Origin: Epiperipatus broadwayi
Taxonomy: Eukaryota > Animalia > Onychophora
Direction of reading: 5' to 3'
Length of the DNA: 64,000 bases
NCBI GenBank assembly: GCA_028023455.1
Contig: JAQFVV010000003.1
Location: 3,348,001-3,412,000, forward strand
Positions 39,153 to 53,667 of the stretch are shown here, in pieces; position 1 is the stretch's first letter, and each line of letters starts with the position of its first letter. The position numbers were made by a program, and so were the translations under genes. The notes below the pieces were generated by a model, which did not search any database, was not told where the DNA came from, and worked only from the letters and a program-made list of their open reading frames with translations.

Positions 39153-41278
39153 CTGGAAAAAAAAATTATCTATATAGAAAAATTGTTTATTCATGTTTTT
39201 TAAAAATAAAAAAATATAAAGAATATTTGCTATTTTTTCTATCATTGATAGCAAATTATTAAATATCGTTTTGAATTCTTTTTTCGCCATTTATAATCAG
39301 GATTAGGTTTTTATATGTTTGATGGTACAAGTATTGCTTAAAATTATTTATTTTGATACCTTTAATATTATTTTTAAAAAAATAATCACCAAATTCCTTC
39401 TTTTATATTATGAAATGTTTGAACTGTTCTAAATATTTATTAACAGTTTAAAAAATTAATTAACTATAAACCACATAAACATAATATTTTTAATAAACAT
39501 ATTTGATAACTATATTTATTGTATTATAGATAAAAACTAAAATAGCATTTAAATAATCTATTGTAAGGCAAAGGCTTCCTACAGGAACAATGAGGAAAAA
39601 ACAGTCAGGTAATGACGGATGATAATTTTCCATTCTTGTTTCATGATTTAGTTTAGAACAATTACCACCCGTTTTCTGACTAATGCTGATTAAATAGTTA
39701 TCTGGATTGTGTACATAAAATTCTTAAAACAAAAAATTTAAGCCTCATTTAATAATTGAAGCCAAATGTGACATGACAGACAGTTCTACACTGCAGGGCA
39801 TATGATGCTTGTATATATATAATAATTAAATTGACAACTCAATACTGGTTTATTGAGCATGTTAAATACTCTCAATCGAAAGCACAAGACAAAACTTTTG
39901 AAAAGATAAGAATAGTCTTCTTATTTCTTTTACCTATATTTATTTATATAGACCAATCTAAAGCACTTTCAAGAGAAAGTATGAAGAACTTAAATTAGTC
40001 ACATTACTTCTTAAAGCTATATTTAAATTTGCTTTGTATTATTTTAATTGACATTTGTGAAATTTTTCAGTTTACAATCTGTCAAATGACAGATCAAATA
40101 ACAAAATATGTAAATATAAACTTTTCCCAGCAGTTTATATATTAATTAGATTGACAATTCAATACTGGATTATTAAGCGCGTGAATTATTCTCAACCCAA
40201 AGCCAAATAAATTCACTACATGGTAATCAGCTGCAATAACAAAATCATATTGAATGAACAACAGAAAAATTTTCCCTACCCAATTTTTTTAAGGACTTAG
40301 AGAAGAATCAAGAGGGTGTCTTTATAATTTATAGCAAATTTGTTTTTGCCCCAATTACACATATAAAAATAATTATTACACCTAAAAAAAAAACTATTTT
40401 AAAAAAAAATCAATATATGTAACTGCTTAAAAAAGCAATTTAGGTAGATGTAATGTTTTAAAAATTAAGACTATATAATTGCCTAATAACTTTGATAGTT
40501 TGAACTATGTTTCACAGAGATTGGTCACAGTTTAAAAAAACATGTTCAAATATCAACAAAAAAGTACCTATTGGATGAAACTTAAGCATATTTGGTAAAA
40601 TTACTCTCGGTACATGAACTCATGATTCATGACTAAAAAAAAAATGCAGCAAATCGATAAAATGTTATCATTAAGAGAAACATAATGCTATAAAACAGTA
40701 AAAACCTTAGAATCTTAAAAGCAAGAGATGAATAATTCCTCAGATAATCATTTTCTATGTGATAAACAAAAATAACTGATTAAGTAGCAAAAAAAAAAGA
40801 AAAAGTTGTATGCCAAATGAACACATTCACATATATACTTTAGCAAATTTGAATATGTACACATGTGAATATGTTCTCTCTCTCAATTTGCTATTGAATT
40901 GATTTTTTTCATAACTATATCATTCTACATTTATATTAATTATTTTTATTGACAACTTAATGTATATTGTAACCTTAAGGTTTACATAGAGAACTGTGTA
41001 TGTATATAATGTGAGTACATTTCTAAAAAACACAACTATATTTTATTTTCTTCCAGTAAATCAATTTATATATTAGACATGGCAAATAATTTAATAAGTT
41101 AAAATAAACTAAAGAACTGTTTTTATAGGCTTTTTTTTTATTTCGATAAATCTCAAAAAAGAAATTTAATTAATTTTAAAATGTCAGTTAAGTTAATTTT
41201 TATAATTTTATGTTTTAAATCAATAGATTTAACATTAATAATGATTCACTCTTAATTTAAAATACAATTATACATTAG

Positions 41279-42419
41279 TTACGATAGAATGACAGCCTGT
41301 TAAGCTAAATTGCGCAGACGCTGTGAGAATGTTGTTAATAAATGAATACCTTCGAACAACCACATGATATAGTATTTATATAAGAGTAAAAGGAATCCCT
41401 CTTACTCCTACAACTCAAATGTTTATATATGAGCAAATCTAAAGTAGTTGTAACGAAGGCGTGACTACATAATAGTCACTTTAAATTACTATATATAATA
41501 TCTGTATGAATGGCGCGAATGATATTTTCTAGAATTTACTGAACGCCACTCCAAACGAAACTAAATCATATACGAATAAGCATTTATTTTATAACGTCTT
41601 GTGTGCGATTATAATTACGATAGAATGACAGCCTGTTAAGCTAAATTGCGCAGACGCTGTGAGAATGTTGTTAATAAATGAATACCTTCGAACAACCACA
41701 TGATATAGTATTTATATAAGAGTAAAAGGAATCCCTCTTACTCCTACAACTCAAATGTTTATATATCAGCAAATCTAAAGTAGTTGTAACGAAGGCGTGA
41801 CTACATAATAGTCACTTTAAATTACTATATATAATGTCTGTAAAGTGACTATTATGTAGTCACGCCTTCGTTACAACTACTTTAGATTTGCTCATATATA
41901 AACATTTGAGTTGTAGGAGTAAGAGGGATTCCTTTTACTCTTATAAAAATACTATATCATGTGGTTTGTTCGAAGGTATTCATTTATTAACAACATTCTC
42001 ACAGCATCTGCGCAATTTAGCTTAACAGGCTGTCATTCTATCGTAATTATAATCGCACGCAAGACGTTATAAAATAAATGCTTATTCGTATATGATTTAG
42101 TTTCGTTTGGAGTGGCGTTCAGTAAATTCTAGAAAATTTCATTCGCGCCATTCATACAGACATTATATATAGTAATTTAAAGTGACTATTATGTAGTCAC
42201 GCTTTCGTTACAACTACTTTAGATTTGCTCATATATAAACATTTGAGTTGTAGAAGTAAGAGGGATTCCTTTTACTCTTATATAAATACTATATCATGTG
42301 GTTGTTTGAAGGTATTCATTTATTAACAACATTCTCACAGCGTCTGCGCAATTTAGCTTAACAGGCTGTCATTCTATCATAATTATAATCGCACGCAAGA
42401 CGTTATAAAATAAATGCTT
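41279..42419. mobile_element. Young family B insertion: two head-to-head tandem arrays of a 336-337 bp monomer, 13 bp TSD
   Basis: acgatagaatg starts at 41281 and 41617; inversion at ~41841; taaagtgact starts at 41841 and 42178. aattatacattag flanks at 41266-41278 and 42420-42432. Copies differ at only a few positions. Confidence 0.95.
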
Positions 42420-43779
42420 AATTATACATTAGATAAATTTTATAAAAATAAAGTAATAATAGTAATAATAATAAGTCAGATGTCACATGTAAGTAAATTA
42501 TATTAAAAACAAACACTTTAAATAGTTTGATAATATTTCAATAGTATTTCATAATACAAATAATGAATTACAATTTGTTTAAACATTTCTAATTAACATT
42601 TTAAATCTTGCAAGTGTGTGTACGCAGGTGATAACTGTTTTGATTGTGAGAGGATAAATAAATAATCAATCAAACAAGATTGAAATAAACAACTATTAAA
42701 GAAATTGATTACAATTAAAGTTCCTTGCTTATAAGATTTAATAATATCTAAACTACAATATTTTTATTTAAAAATTTATTACTCTCTAAAATTTTATATT
42801 TTCAATTTTGAAAATTTATTTTTTTTAAAAAAATTAAATAAATGTATTATTTTTGTAATATTTAATTTATTGCTACATAATAAATAGTATTTTAAATATA
42901 ATATGAATTTATGTCTGAAAATCCAGACAGTTGTTAAAAAAAAATCTATTATTAGAATACTTGCTTTGGCAACTAACTATAATCACATTAATAATCAATT
43001 AATAATGCCCCAAATCTATCGATCATCAATTTCATATTATAAAAATAGGGTATAAGTGTTGATTACTTCTTTTTTATTTATTACTTAATTAATTAGCTGA
43101 TTAACTGGCTTGTTAATTTATTTAGTTTATTGTCTCTAAAATAATTAAATGCCAGTTATCTGCTGAGGGCCTCTTGCAAATGGCCCATTTGTCTCATTGA
43201 AATATATCTGCAAAGTATACACAATGAGGAAACTTTAACAACTTGCTATATCGAAGGAAGAAATCAGACTGTAACAATGATTTTCTAACATCGAAAAAAG
43301 CATATATGTAAAAGTTATATTATTATGAACTATATCAACTATCTGTCTATTGTTATACTCATGCTTGAATTTAAAATGAACATTATTGCTGACAGTCTTG
43401 AAATAAAAATTATGTTTAACTGTATGAATTATTTTTGAAGTCTTAATCTTGCAATTAGTTATAAGGTTATCATGCTCTTGAGGAATATATTTAAATAAGC
43501 TAATAAAAGTAACTGTAAATTTTTTAAATTATGGATATCTGAGATATATTGTCTTTGTCTTTATTATGAGCTATTTTAATAGCGGTATGTTTTCGTGATT
43601 TCTAAAAAGAAAGATTAACACATTCCAAGGAATTGTATTTTATTACAAAGATAATGTAAAGAATTAACTCTTATTTCACATTTATTTCAGTGAAAAGTAT
43701 TTGCTTAAATATACTTTATTGCATTAAAATATTTTGTTTGCTGTTATATAAAAGAAATAATGTGCACTAAGTTTCATTT

Positions 43780-44650
43780 TTGTGTTGGATTATGTCACTG
43801 CTCTATTCGCTGCCTTGGATTCATATAGGATTGCTTTTCTAATTGTGATCTTGAAACATTAAGGATATTTTAAATAAAATATTCTGGATCACAATGGAGC
43901 TGCTATGTGAACTGGAATGTTTTAAAGTGTGTTTTAGAATGAGAGATTTAAGAACTTATAAACTGTTTGGGAGTGGTAAAAAAATAAAAAACATTTTCTT
44001 TTTTAGGTATAAAATTATAAATTTTTTCTTTACACTTACAATATTTTTTGTTAGTAATTTATGTATAATTTATGTGTATCATGTATTGGATACTAAAATT
44101 CTCAAAATATATTTGGGTTGCAATATCAACAAAGGTAATATGAACATTTGGTATAGGATTGTTTAATGAATGATATGGATGAATGAGAATGTTCATTTGT
44201 AGATGATGTATTATGTCTAATTATTTTATTGTTAATATAAAGTGTTTTATCAATCTTTCAGATCATGTTTATAATGTTATTATTATATAATAAATAGTAT
44301 GTATATGCAACTATTTTCAAATGTTATTTTGAAGTATGCCTTGAAGTACAGTTCATCATAGATGTGTTGGGCAATGTTTATGATAGTTTATTCTCATCAA
44401 GTTTACTTAGATTAGTGATATGATACTAATGGTAATTTTGCACTAGTGGATAAGTGTGGATGTTTGATAATCCTATCATTATGCTGATCCTATTTGTTGG
44501 TGCTAGAAATAAGATGTTGTAGGCATGTGTGTTATAAAATCCATCTTTATTTGCTCTTGATGATATCAGAGTAATTTTTGAAATGGTAATAGTGCTGATA
44601 TTGGATATGCAAAGGCTTTGATAAAACATTATTTGTTTAAACTTAAGTAG
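43780..44650 (+). mobile_element. Possible heavily decayed Penelope-type RT
   Basis: Colinear remnants LDYVTALF (SxDVxSL-like, 43785), FVDDVLCL (44195), IKFT (44395); no open frame. Confidence 0.3.
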
Positions 44651-47385
44651 TTATTTTATGTGGACATAGAAAATTATATATCTTGCCCAATTTTATGTTG
44701 TTCTTTTATTGACAACATAGTTTGTTAAACACATGACTGAAAGTTTCTTAAACTAATGACATATTTAGAATAATAGTCAGATTTTATATACTTTATTTAT
44801 TCATAGGTGAGACATTTTCTATTACTAATTTAAATCAATTATTAAAATAGTATTGTAATTATTTCTATTTTGAATATATGAAATTATAAAATGTTTATAA
44901 TTATTATATTTGATATTTTTAATAAAATGTTTATTTGATTCTTAATTTCTGATTTTGTATTCCTTATCATCACTTGCATAAACAGAAAATCCAATCACAT
45001 AAGTATAGTAACATTTGAGTTGTAAAAGTAAATAGTACATGAAAGTCATTTCATTAAAGTTCATGTTGTGTAGTATTGAAACTACATTAATGCTCTAAAA
45101 TTATTTTAAATAGTTTATCTTTATTTTAATCATAAGAAAGCTTAGTGTGATCTCTGAGTATGAACAAAATCCCTTTTTTATCTATTGCATAAGAAATCAC
45201 ATGTTGTTGGATAAGAGTAATTGAAATAAAAATATCTCATTATTATGTTATAACTAGATCTATTTATTTATGATTCATGTTTTTAAAAAATTGCATAAGA
45301 AGAAATAATGTCTTGTAATACATGATATTATAGTGATGTGATTCAAACTGAGATAGAAATAAATTTCTTATATTTTGGTAAAAGAAAATATAATAGTATG
45401 AGTTAGAGTTTTATTTGCTGAATTCGGACTAATAGCTGCTGCCCACTGGATGCTTGATACTGGAGGACCGAATTACAATATAAATTAAATGATATCATAC
45501 ATGTGCTAAAAACATATGTAATATTTGGTATTATGCGCGGTTTCGTGCATCCACATAAAACACTCATGATTCAAATAGTTATTAATATTGGGGACTACAG
45601 TATATATATATATATAATATAAAAACTGATATAATTCACTTAAATAGTATAAAAAGTGCATTTCAAACAACATTCTTCACAAAACAAATTGTATAATCAA
45701 GCCATGTTTAATCAGCACAGAATAGGTTAATTACAAATTCTATTGAGTTAATTTAATTAAATTTTTATTTTCTCAACTTCTTCAGCAGAGAATAGATCAA
45801 GAAATAATTACTTATGTATCTAGTCATTCCGATAACTGTGTTTAACCACAGAGAGTGAATTTTTCCATAATAAAGCACAAATTATTCATATTAATTTATT
45901 TCATAAGCTATGTTACTGTTTTTCAAAACTGTTAAACTAAGTTTACAGATTTCATAATCAAAAATGATAGAGGATGAGATCAAATGAACAAGGTGATTTT
46001 ATTATAAAACTTGCAATAAATCACTCTATTCTTTTGATATTTGTTATCATAACATCTTCTGAACCATAATCCATTGACATAAATAGTACATCAACTTCCA
46101 TTACCACCGAAATGACAATAAGACTTAATAATCAAAACTAAAGTTGATAGATTACCTTTGATTTTTGGTCTCATTAAAATCTCCATAATTATCAATGAAA
46201 AATGTGGCAGTAAAATTTTTTTATTTTTATAGCATTTGCAAAGTTATTTACCTGATGGAAAAATATTGGACAACCTTTTTTACTTAAAGAAAATTCACAT
46301 TATACTGAGTTTTGAATTCCTCCTGGTTGTGAACACTTTGTTTATATATAAATATACAACTGGTCTGAATTTTATATAACACTGATAATTTCAATCTTTA
46401 ATGATTTAAAAAAAAAAGGTAAAACAAGAAGTGCACAACACATCCATAGGTCTGATTAGTTACATATATTCAAATTAAAAGTAATTATATATATATTCTT
46501 CATGATGCAATGCTTCAGTTTTCAATTTTAAAATAAAATGTAATTTATTTACATGTTTAATGTTCCTTTAGTAGTTTAATCATTTATATTGTTAAATTAA
46601 ACATACAATTTCTTTTATTAAAAATCAATCTTTTTCAAGGGAAAATATAACATTATCCCTGTGACATATTTTGAATGAACCAATTACTTTAGATAACCCA
46701 GGCACTAATTATATCTTAAATATTTTTTGGTATTTGCTCCTAAATATTCAATCAAATTCACAATCTTTTAAAAGTATAAGTGTCATTATTTCAAATACCA
46801 CATACTTTATAGTTAAAATGTTATATTTTTTCCAATTGAAAAGATTGTTCTTTGTTAAAAGAAGTTATAGATTTAATTTAACAATATAAATTAATTATGC
46901 AAATGTATTTAAAAAAAAGTCCATGCATGCAGTTAATAATGAGAGTGAGTAAAATAATAAAATATTTAATTTAAAAAAATAAAGTTATATACCAAATATA
47001 ATGTAATAGCTAAACAGCATTAAGCTGTTGCACATGCGCTTTGCAGATTTTAACTATAAATGACTGAATACAAACACTTCAAACACATGATAAAGTCTTT
47101 GGGAAAAGATAGAATGGCCTTGGTACTTCATGTTTATGATATAATTATCATAGTTTATTTTGACACTTATATTAATATGTAAATTGTTAATATATAGTGT
47201 TCGAAATAATGATACTTATAATGTGAAAAGTGGCAGTTAAACATCAAATATATTTGTGATTAATTGTGAATTTATTCATGCTAAGAACTAACTATAGTTC
47301 TGGTTCTGTATTCAAATCTGTGGGTCATCTGATGAAAATAAAGTAATATTTGTAATATATTGAATTTTTACACTAGATAATAGTT

Positions 47386-47665
47386 TCATTTGAGAGTGAC
47401 GTTTAGCAAATTCTAGATAATTTCGTCGACGTCATTCATTCAGACATCGTAAACAGTAATTTAAAGTGAGTGGTCTATCCTCAAGCTTTCATTTCCAATA
47501 CTTAAGATTTGCCCATATATAAGCATTTGGGTTGGAAAGAATAAGTGGATTCATTTTATACTTTCATAAATACTATATCTTGTGTTGGGAATGAAAGTAT
47601 TCATTTATTATTAACACTCGTAAAAAGCGCATGCACAACAGCTTAGAAAGGCCGATCTTTAATGT
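47386..47665 (-). mobile_element. Family B monomer (294 bp period) with 14 bp terminal direct repeat/TSD
   Basis: actagataatagtt at 47372-47385 and 47666-47679. Internal blocks tttcatttgagagtgacg, aattctag, atttaaagtga, atttgcccatatataa, aagtattcatttatta are homologous to 41880-42180 and to the reverse complement of 53704-53995. Confidence 0.8.
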
Positions 47666-48545
47666 ACTAGATAATAGTTGTGATCTTATATAAATTTTTA
47701 AAAAATGAGCAATGCGTGACAGATTCAAAGATCTGCTATACACATATATATATATTAAATACATGTAATTGTAGCTATTTCTATTATTTAATTTAATTGC
47801 TAAATACATTTTAGAAAAAAATCAAATTTTATTTATACTTTTCTAACTACTTTCAACTGTTAGTAATAACATATGGTTTAATATAGAATACAAAGTTTCC
47901 TGTGGTAATATTCTCCTTCCTTCTTTAACAGAAACAGTATTAGAATGGGAATCAAACAGAAAATCTTTAGATTCAATAATATTTTAATTTAAAGTGTCAC
48001 ACCAATCAATTAGGTCATTCTATCACTGACAAAAATCACCAGAAAATGAAATATTTATCTATGAGAATCTTTCTGATTTCACCAAGATTAATGAATGGTT
48101 TCCAAACATTATAATTATCACATTAGATTGACTTATGGGATTATTTGTCATTATCATGTGAACAATTTCTGCAAATGTTCTTTTTAGCTTTTTCTGTCAA
48201 TATGCTTCTGCTTTCACATTAAACATATGTTCACTAGTGAATTCATGGTCTGCTACATTCCCCACAATGTGTTATGGTTTTGGAAAGATGTTTTGATCTT
48301 TATATTGATTGCAGATTTTCTTTAATTTGATTGAATGTATTTATATATAGTAGAGATAGCAATTAAATATTTATCTTTGACAAAAAGTGCTCAGTTTCGA
48401 AAAAATTCATTAAGGTTAATGTTAAAATTCTTAATATTTTCTCCATGTAAAAAACAGCATTATTACAATATTTAAATTATAACATGATTTTTCCGATTTT
48501 AATTATTTCAAATTAAATAAATAAAAACAGGGAGAAAAAACTTAC

Positions 48546-48674
48546 TATACAAAAAATTAGAGAACTGATAAACCAAAATAACATTCCTCCATGATAAAAT
48601 ATCAAAATAGGCTGATCTCCAACATCATGATTGTTACAAAAATTTTCATCAGGATAAGAAAATTCTAAAGCTCC
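48546..48674 (-). CDS. TPRA1: TPRA1-like exon
   Basis: tttgattctag | GALEFSYPDENFCNNHDVGDQPILIFYHGGMLFWFISSLIFCI | gtaagt; 129 nt, phase 0/0. Confidence 0.93.
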
Positions 48675-50199
48675 CTAGAATCAAAAACAGACAAAAAACA
48701 TAATAAAGAATCTATAAATATATATATATTAAAAAAAATGACAAGAAAAAATTGTATAGAGATCTATATAACTAAGAAACAAGAATACAACTTACATAGC
48801 TATTATTTATAATATTGTGGAAGCAAGTACTCTTTATATATGTGCTAAAATTGACAAGCATTGTTGTATCAATAACTGTTTTAAAACAGCAGGTGGTCCA
48901 TCTGTGATTAGATCTTATTGACCATGACTAAATTAGGGTTTGAACTTATAAACCTGATTTTAAATCAGCATATTATTTGCACAAATTCATATTATATATT
49001 ATAAGAAAAAGAAAGTTTCTCATTTTTAATTATCTGTGACACTGAATTTCATTAGTTTATATATATGTAATAATTAATAATATAGAGATTTATATATCTG
49101 TTATATTATGGAAGTAATATGTCAATTTAAAAATCAGGCTTATAATAAGTTCAGCTCTAATTTAGGCAAAGTCAATAATTGTTGGTTTATTTAAAAACCT
49201 CTGTTAATTTTAGCACATGCATGATGAGTAGTTGCTTTCACAATATTAGATATATAAATCATTATATTAATAATTATTATAGTAATATTAATTAATTAAT
49301 ATACATATATACAATTTACATTAATTTTTAAATTTATTTACATAATTTAAAGATCCTAAAAAAATTTACATTTGGAAATCTCCAAATGATAGACATCAGT
49401 TATATAATATATTGATACAAAGTATACAAATACATAGTATTAAAAATACATCTATAGTGTCATTTTCTCATTGATATTCTGCTTCTTATAATAGCTTCTG
49501 TTCTTCTGAAATGGGCACCATTAATCTCACCTATATTGAAAACAATATTTTTCCTCCTTTATATAAGATTTAATTCTTCAAAACTAACGTTAACAAATAT
49601 CTTCTTTTATCTGGATAGCTGAAAATTTTTTCTTACTCTTTTTTTTTTTGCTTCTTAATATTCACCATTTTTTTGAAAAACAGGTTTTATCTTTTTGTGA
49701 TTTGCTCTCAAAAAAAAAAAAAGTATATATATTGAAAATAGTTCAGATTGCAATATTTTCACAGAATTGTAACTGACTTTAAAACAAATAATTTAGAAAA
49801 TTATAGAAATATATATATATGACACAAGATGCCAATAAGTGCAGCTATTTATTCTATTAATCTACTTAAGTACCTTATATTATAAGCTTGACTAATCAAT
49901 GACACTAGTTAATAGTGTCGAACAAATTCCCATACTAGTTTCTGATTATTATCCTCGGTTAGAAAGTAGCATTGTATTTTTACTTATGTATTTAATAATC
50001 ATCTTTAATTTTTTTAGATACTATCCAAGCTAATGGCTTGAGATTCAAACATTTATATTTTTAATACCCATGATGATTATGAGCAAAGATGAATAAATCT
50101 ATATAAATCTTCCATTAGAAAGTGAAGATATTATGATAATATGATGTAAAAGTTCCAAATAGTCTCTCTGCCAAACATAAATGGTCAAAGTAATATTCA

Positions 50200-51300
50200 T
50201 TGCATTATTAAGGCTCACAAATAACACTGACATAAACTTTTGCTACTGCAGAAATTAAAGTTGAATCCTAGTTAATGAATGGAATTTTGTTATTAGGATA
50301 CAAAATAGTATGCTTCTGTTAGGACTTTTTTTATTAGTTTTTTTTTTATGATAATGGATTTATAAGATATATTGAATAATAAAAATGATAAAGTTATGTG
50401 TATGAAAAAATTTACATACAAAGAAGAAAAAATGGATAAAGAAAAAATTAGCAGTAAGAAAAATATAGAAAAAGATTAAATAACTAAAAACAAAAAGTAG
50501 ATCTTCTTTATTTGAACAAATAAGATTTACTTGTAAAACAACTCAGTAACAATAAAATAGTGATTGACTCAGAGAAAAGATAGTTAAATGATGAGCAGAA
50601 AGAGATATTGAATAGATGAATAAAATATGAGTGATTTATATGATTAAAAAAAAAAGTATGTATAATAATAAAGAATGAAGTCATAAAAAGTTATATTCTG
50701 AGATTTAAAAAATAAAAACTTAGAAAATAAAATTCCAAGCGAAATGCTAAAAACAATAAAAATTTGTAAGGATTACAATAGTAATTATATAATTTTTAAC
50801 ATATTTTATATATTGCTCATACTGGCTATAGGAGGTTTTAGCACTCAAATGATAGGTGGAGCACAATTTTTTTTAAAAAAAAACTCAGTTTAAATTTATT
50901 TTCATTTTTACTTAGTTGAGAATTAATTCAAGAACTTTTAACTCTTGTGTCAACCACTCTATCACTGTGTTAAAACAGTACAGAGTATTTGGAATTTATA
51001 ATGAGAAAATAGCTAAAAAATGTTTTTTAACAATTATGATTTCAATAGAAAAAAGACTTAATACAGTGAAATGTCACAATTTTAAACTAATTAGTGATGT
51101 AATTTCATATTTGAAGCTAAGATATTAAGAATTTTGAAGCATAAGAAAAAGAATAAATTAAAAGAATTTTTATTTGAAAAATCATTTTGATATAAGTAAG
51201 TAAAAGAACAAAAGATGCAATGGTATTGTTAAAATAAAGATAGATGAGATGTTTATAACTCTTACATTACCCCAGGAGTTTTTAAATATTCATATTTTAT
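50200..51300 (+). mobile_element. Heavily decayed LINE ORF2 remnant
   Basis: Purine-rich; KIPSEMLK (50730) and LPQEFLNI-like (LSP.LFNI equivalent, 51265) remnants. Confidence 0.3.
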
Positions 51301-51559
51301 CTCTGAATTCAAAATTCTGCAATAATTTTTCTAAGTTATACTAATTTGCATAATGAATCCAGACTTTTATAAGTTATCACTAAAGATGTCATATTAAAGA
51401 AACATAAAATCTAGTCAAGGATTTTAGCAAAATATTGATATATATATATGAGTATGTGAAAAGATCTCACTAAAATTTATAAACAATAATTATTAAATCC
51501 TATAATAAAGTATGTTAAGGGGATGGTAGAACATCATGGACAATGATCAAGTGTTATTA

Positions 51560-52000
51560 CTTCGTTATAACAATCTGTTGTCTAGTTACTTTATTTGTTT
51601 TTAGGCCGAACAAGTCATTATTTTTTAATGTCATCATCGTAAATTGTCTGCCCAAAGACAAGTTTATAATCATACCATGCCAACTTCTTCAAATCTATTA
51701 CTAGCTTTGTTTTTAATATTTTCAAACTTCTCTCTTTCCTAAAACTTTCTATCAGTTTTTTTTTCATCTTGTATGGTTTCACCTGTTGTATGTTTTATTA
51801 AACATTTAGATCTTAAAACATATCAGTTTTTTTTTCTTTTAATTTGTTGTAGTTTTAATGTTATAAAATGCAAGTAATCTTTTATATTTTCCTTCAAATT
51901 CATATCTTAAAATTTTACTAATCATTTTTCATAAATTTTTATTTCATATAATGTTTTATTCCTAATAAAGCTTTTTAAGAGTGTTTTTCTTAATTCCAAT
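51560..52000 (-). mobile_element. Decayed RTE-like 3' fragment
   Basis: Minus strand ..KKLAWY.. (51675-51690) resembles the RTE L.W.GH motif. Confidence 0.3.
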
Positions 52001-52468
52001 TTCAGTATTTTATAAAGTAATCTTTTTTTTTTTTTTTTAAGAGAGATCTTTCTTCTTCCTGCTTTATTGGCTAATTGGTTCTAGAGTAATATAAAAATAT
52101 TAGTATATTATCTTAGAACAAACTGTTTATTAACAAAGTCTACTGGAATACAAACTTAATAATAATAATAATAATAAAAAGTATTATATGACAATATTTT
52201 ATTTGTAAAATAGTCATTAAAAAAGCTTTTCCAGAATGTGACAATAGACCTCACAGAGGTTAACAGTTATGAATAAAGATAAGATTTGAACAATCTACAT
52301 ATTGCAAACTAAAGCTGCAGAGAATATTATTTCTGTTATAGAAAAAAGTCCAATAAAATCGAAAAATCTAACAGATTAATGTATGATATGCTCCTCAATT
52401 TTAATAAGCAAACCTAAAAACCTGAACACAATTAAATGAGAAATTCACATTTAAACCACCAAACATCA

Positions 52469-52701
52469 TATGCTTGCTCATAACTGTTATTAAAACAGGC
52501 AAAACTCTCCATACAGTAATGCCACTCAGTGCAAGCCAGAGTAATCAACGGATGACAGAAGGCTTGTGCATAAAATCCCTAGTCTGGGGATATTGGATGA
52601 GTAAATACTAGATATGGATTTTATGGACAAACCTTCTGGCATCCATTGATTACTCTAGCATTCACCGAGTGGTACTACTGTATGGAGAGTTTTGCCTGTT
52701 T
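52469..52701. mobile_element. Family A fold-back copy starting at hammerhead stem III
   Basis: aaacaggcaaaactctccatacag..gcataaaatccct | agtctggggatattggatgag..ctgtatggagagttttgcctgttt. Confidence 0.9.
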
Positions 52702-53029
52702 ATATGCACATCTGATATATAAATAATAATTGTAGGATATCTCTCCATATTCAAGAAATAATAAAAACTTATTTGAATTTTATTGTCAGCATTTTAAAAA
52801 AAAGTTTCACTTATAATGCTGTGCATTTATATATTAAATAATAGCATGAACTTTTAAGTTTGAAATTAGAAAAATTCTTTTCAAGAATCTTTTGTAACTT
52901 TCAATAATCAATTATAAGTATTCTTTTTAGGATATATACTTAAGTTTATATTTTTAAATTAGGTTCATATTTAATTATGAAAGTTAAATGAGTAAAAATA
53001 TCAGATGCATCTGTGCAACTAAACATGGA

Positions 53030-53400
53030 AGAAAACAATGATTTCCATGATAGCAATTGTAGTTGTCTTTAGAATTGATGATAAAAATATCGAAGTCATC
53101 AAAAGTTATTTTGCCTTCTTGGATCAACCATTAATCTTAAAAAATGCAATAATCAAGAAAGTAATTATAATAATGTTAACAGAGTTTATAATGAAAAGTC
53201 TGGGCAGGAGGGAAGGGGGATCTTTAAAACCAATAATTGTAACTGGGACTATGAATATAATAACTGGCACTAAAGAAAGGACAAAAAAGTATTGATATCA
53301 TTGAATTGTGGTGATGGTGAAAACTTTTGAGAATACTATGGACAGTAAAGAAAAATTAAAAAATAGAAATTTGATCAGATTAGATATAATTTTTGCTCAA
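53030..53400 (+). mobile_element. Decayed LINE RT C-terminal remnant
   Basis: ORF 53038 ..FRIDDKNIEVIKSY.. and LKPIIVTG resemble the RT domain 7/thumb region. Confidence 0.3.
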
Positions 53401-53667
53401 AGCACAAATGCCAGATTGACAATCTTATTTTGGTCATAATATAAAATAATATAATTCATTAAAAAAGGTATATAAAACTTTGAAGAGTTGAAGATGAAGG
53501 AAGAGAATGAATCAGCAATGAAATGAATGAATTCTCCTATCACAAAAATGAATATGTTGCTAAAGAGCCTCAAAGATCAACTAGATAACAATTCACCCCG
53601 AGAAATGCTATTCAAATGATCATAAAGAGATATCCATGTGACAGCAATTAATAATAACAATGGTAAT

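Noticed and set aside
41497-41570. Hammerhead call in the family B monomer (CTGTATGA..GAAATTTTC and CTGAACG..CGAAAC)
   Set aside because: Neither matches CUGANGA, stem I cannot be formed, and stem II is not consistent between subfamilies. Kept only as an open hypothesis.
41279-42419. CRISPR array or satellite interpretation of the tandem repeats
   Set aside because: Units are 336-337 bp with no unique spacers, no cas genes, a eukaryotic context and a flanking TSD.
45525-45602. Tigger/pogo-type MITE end (gggggactacagta)
   Set aside because: Only one decayed terminus; no partner TIR found.
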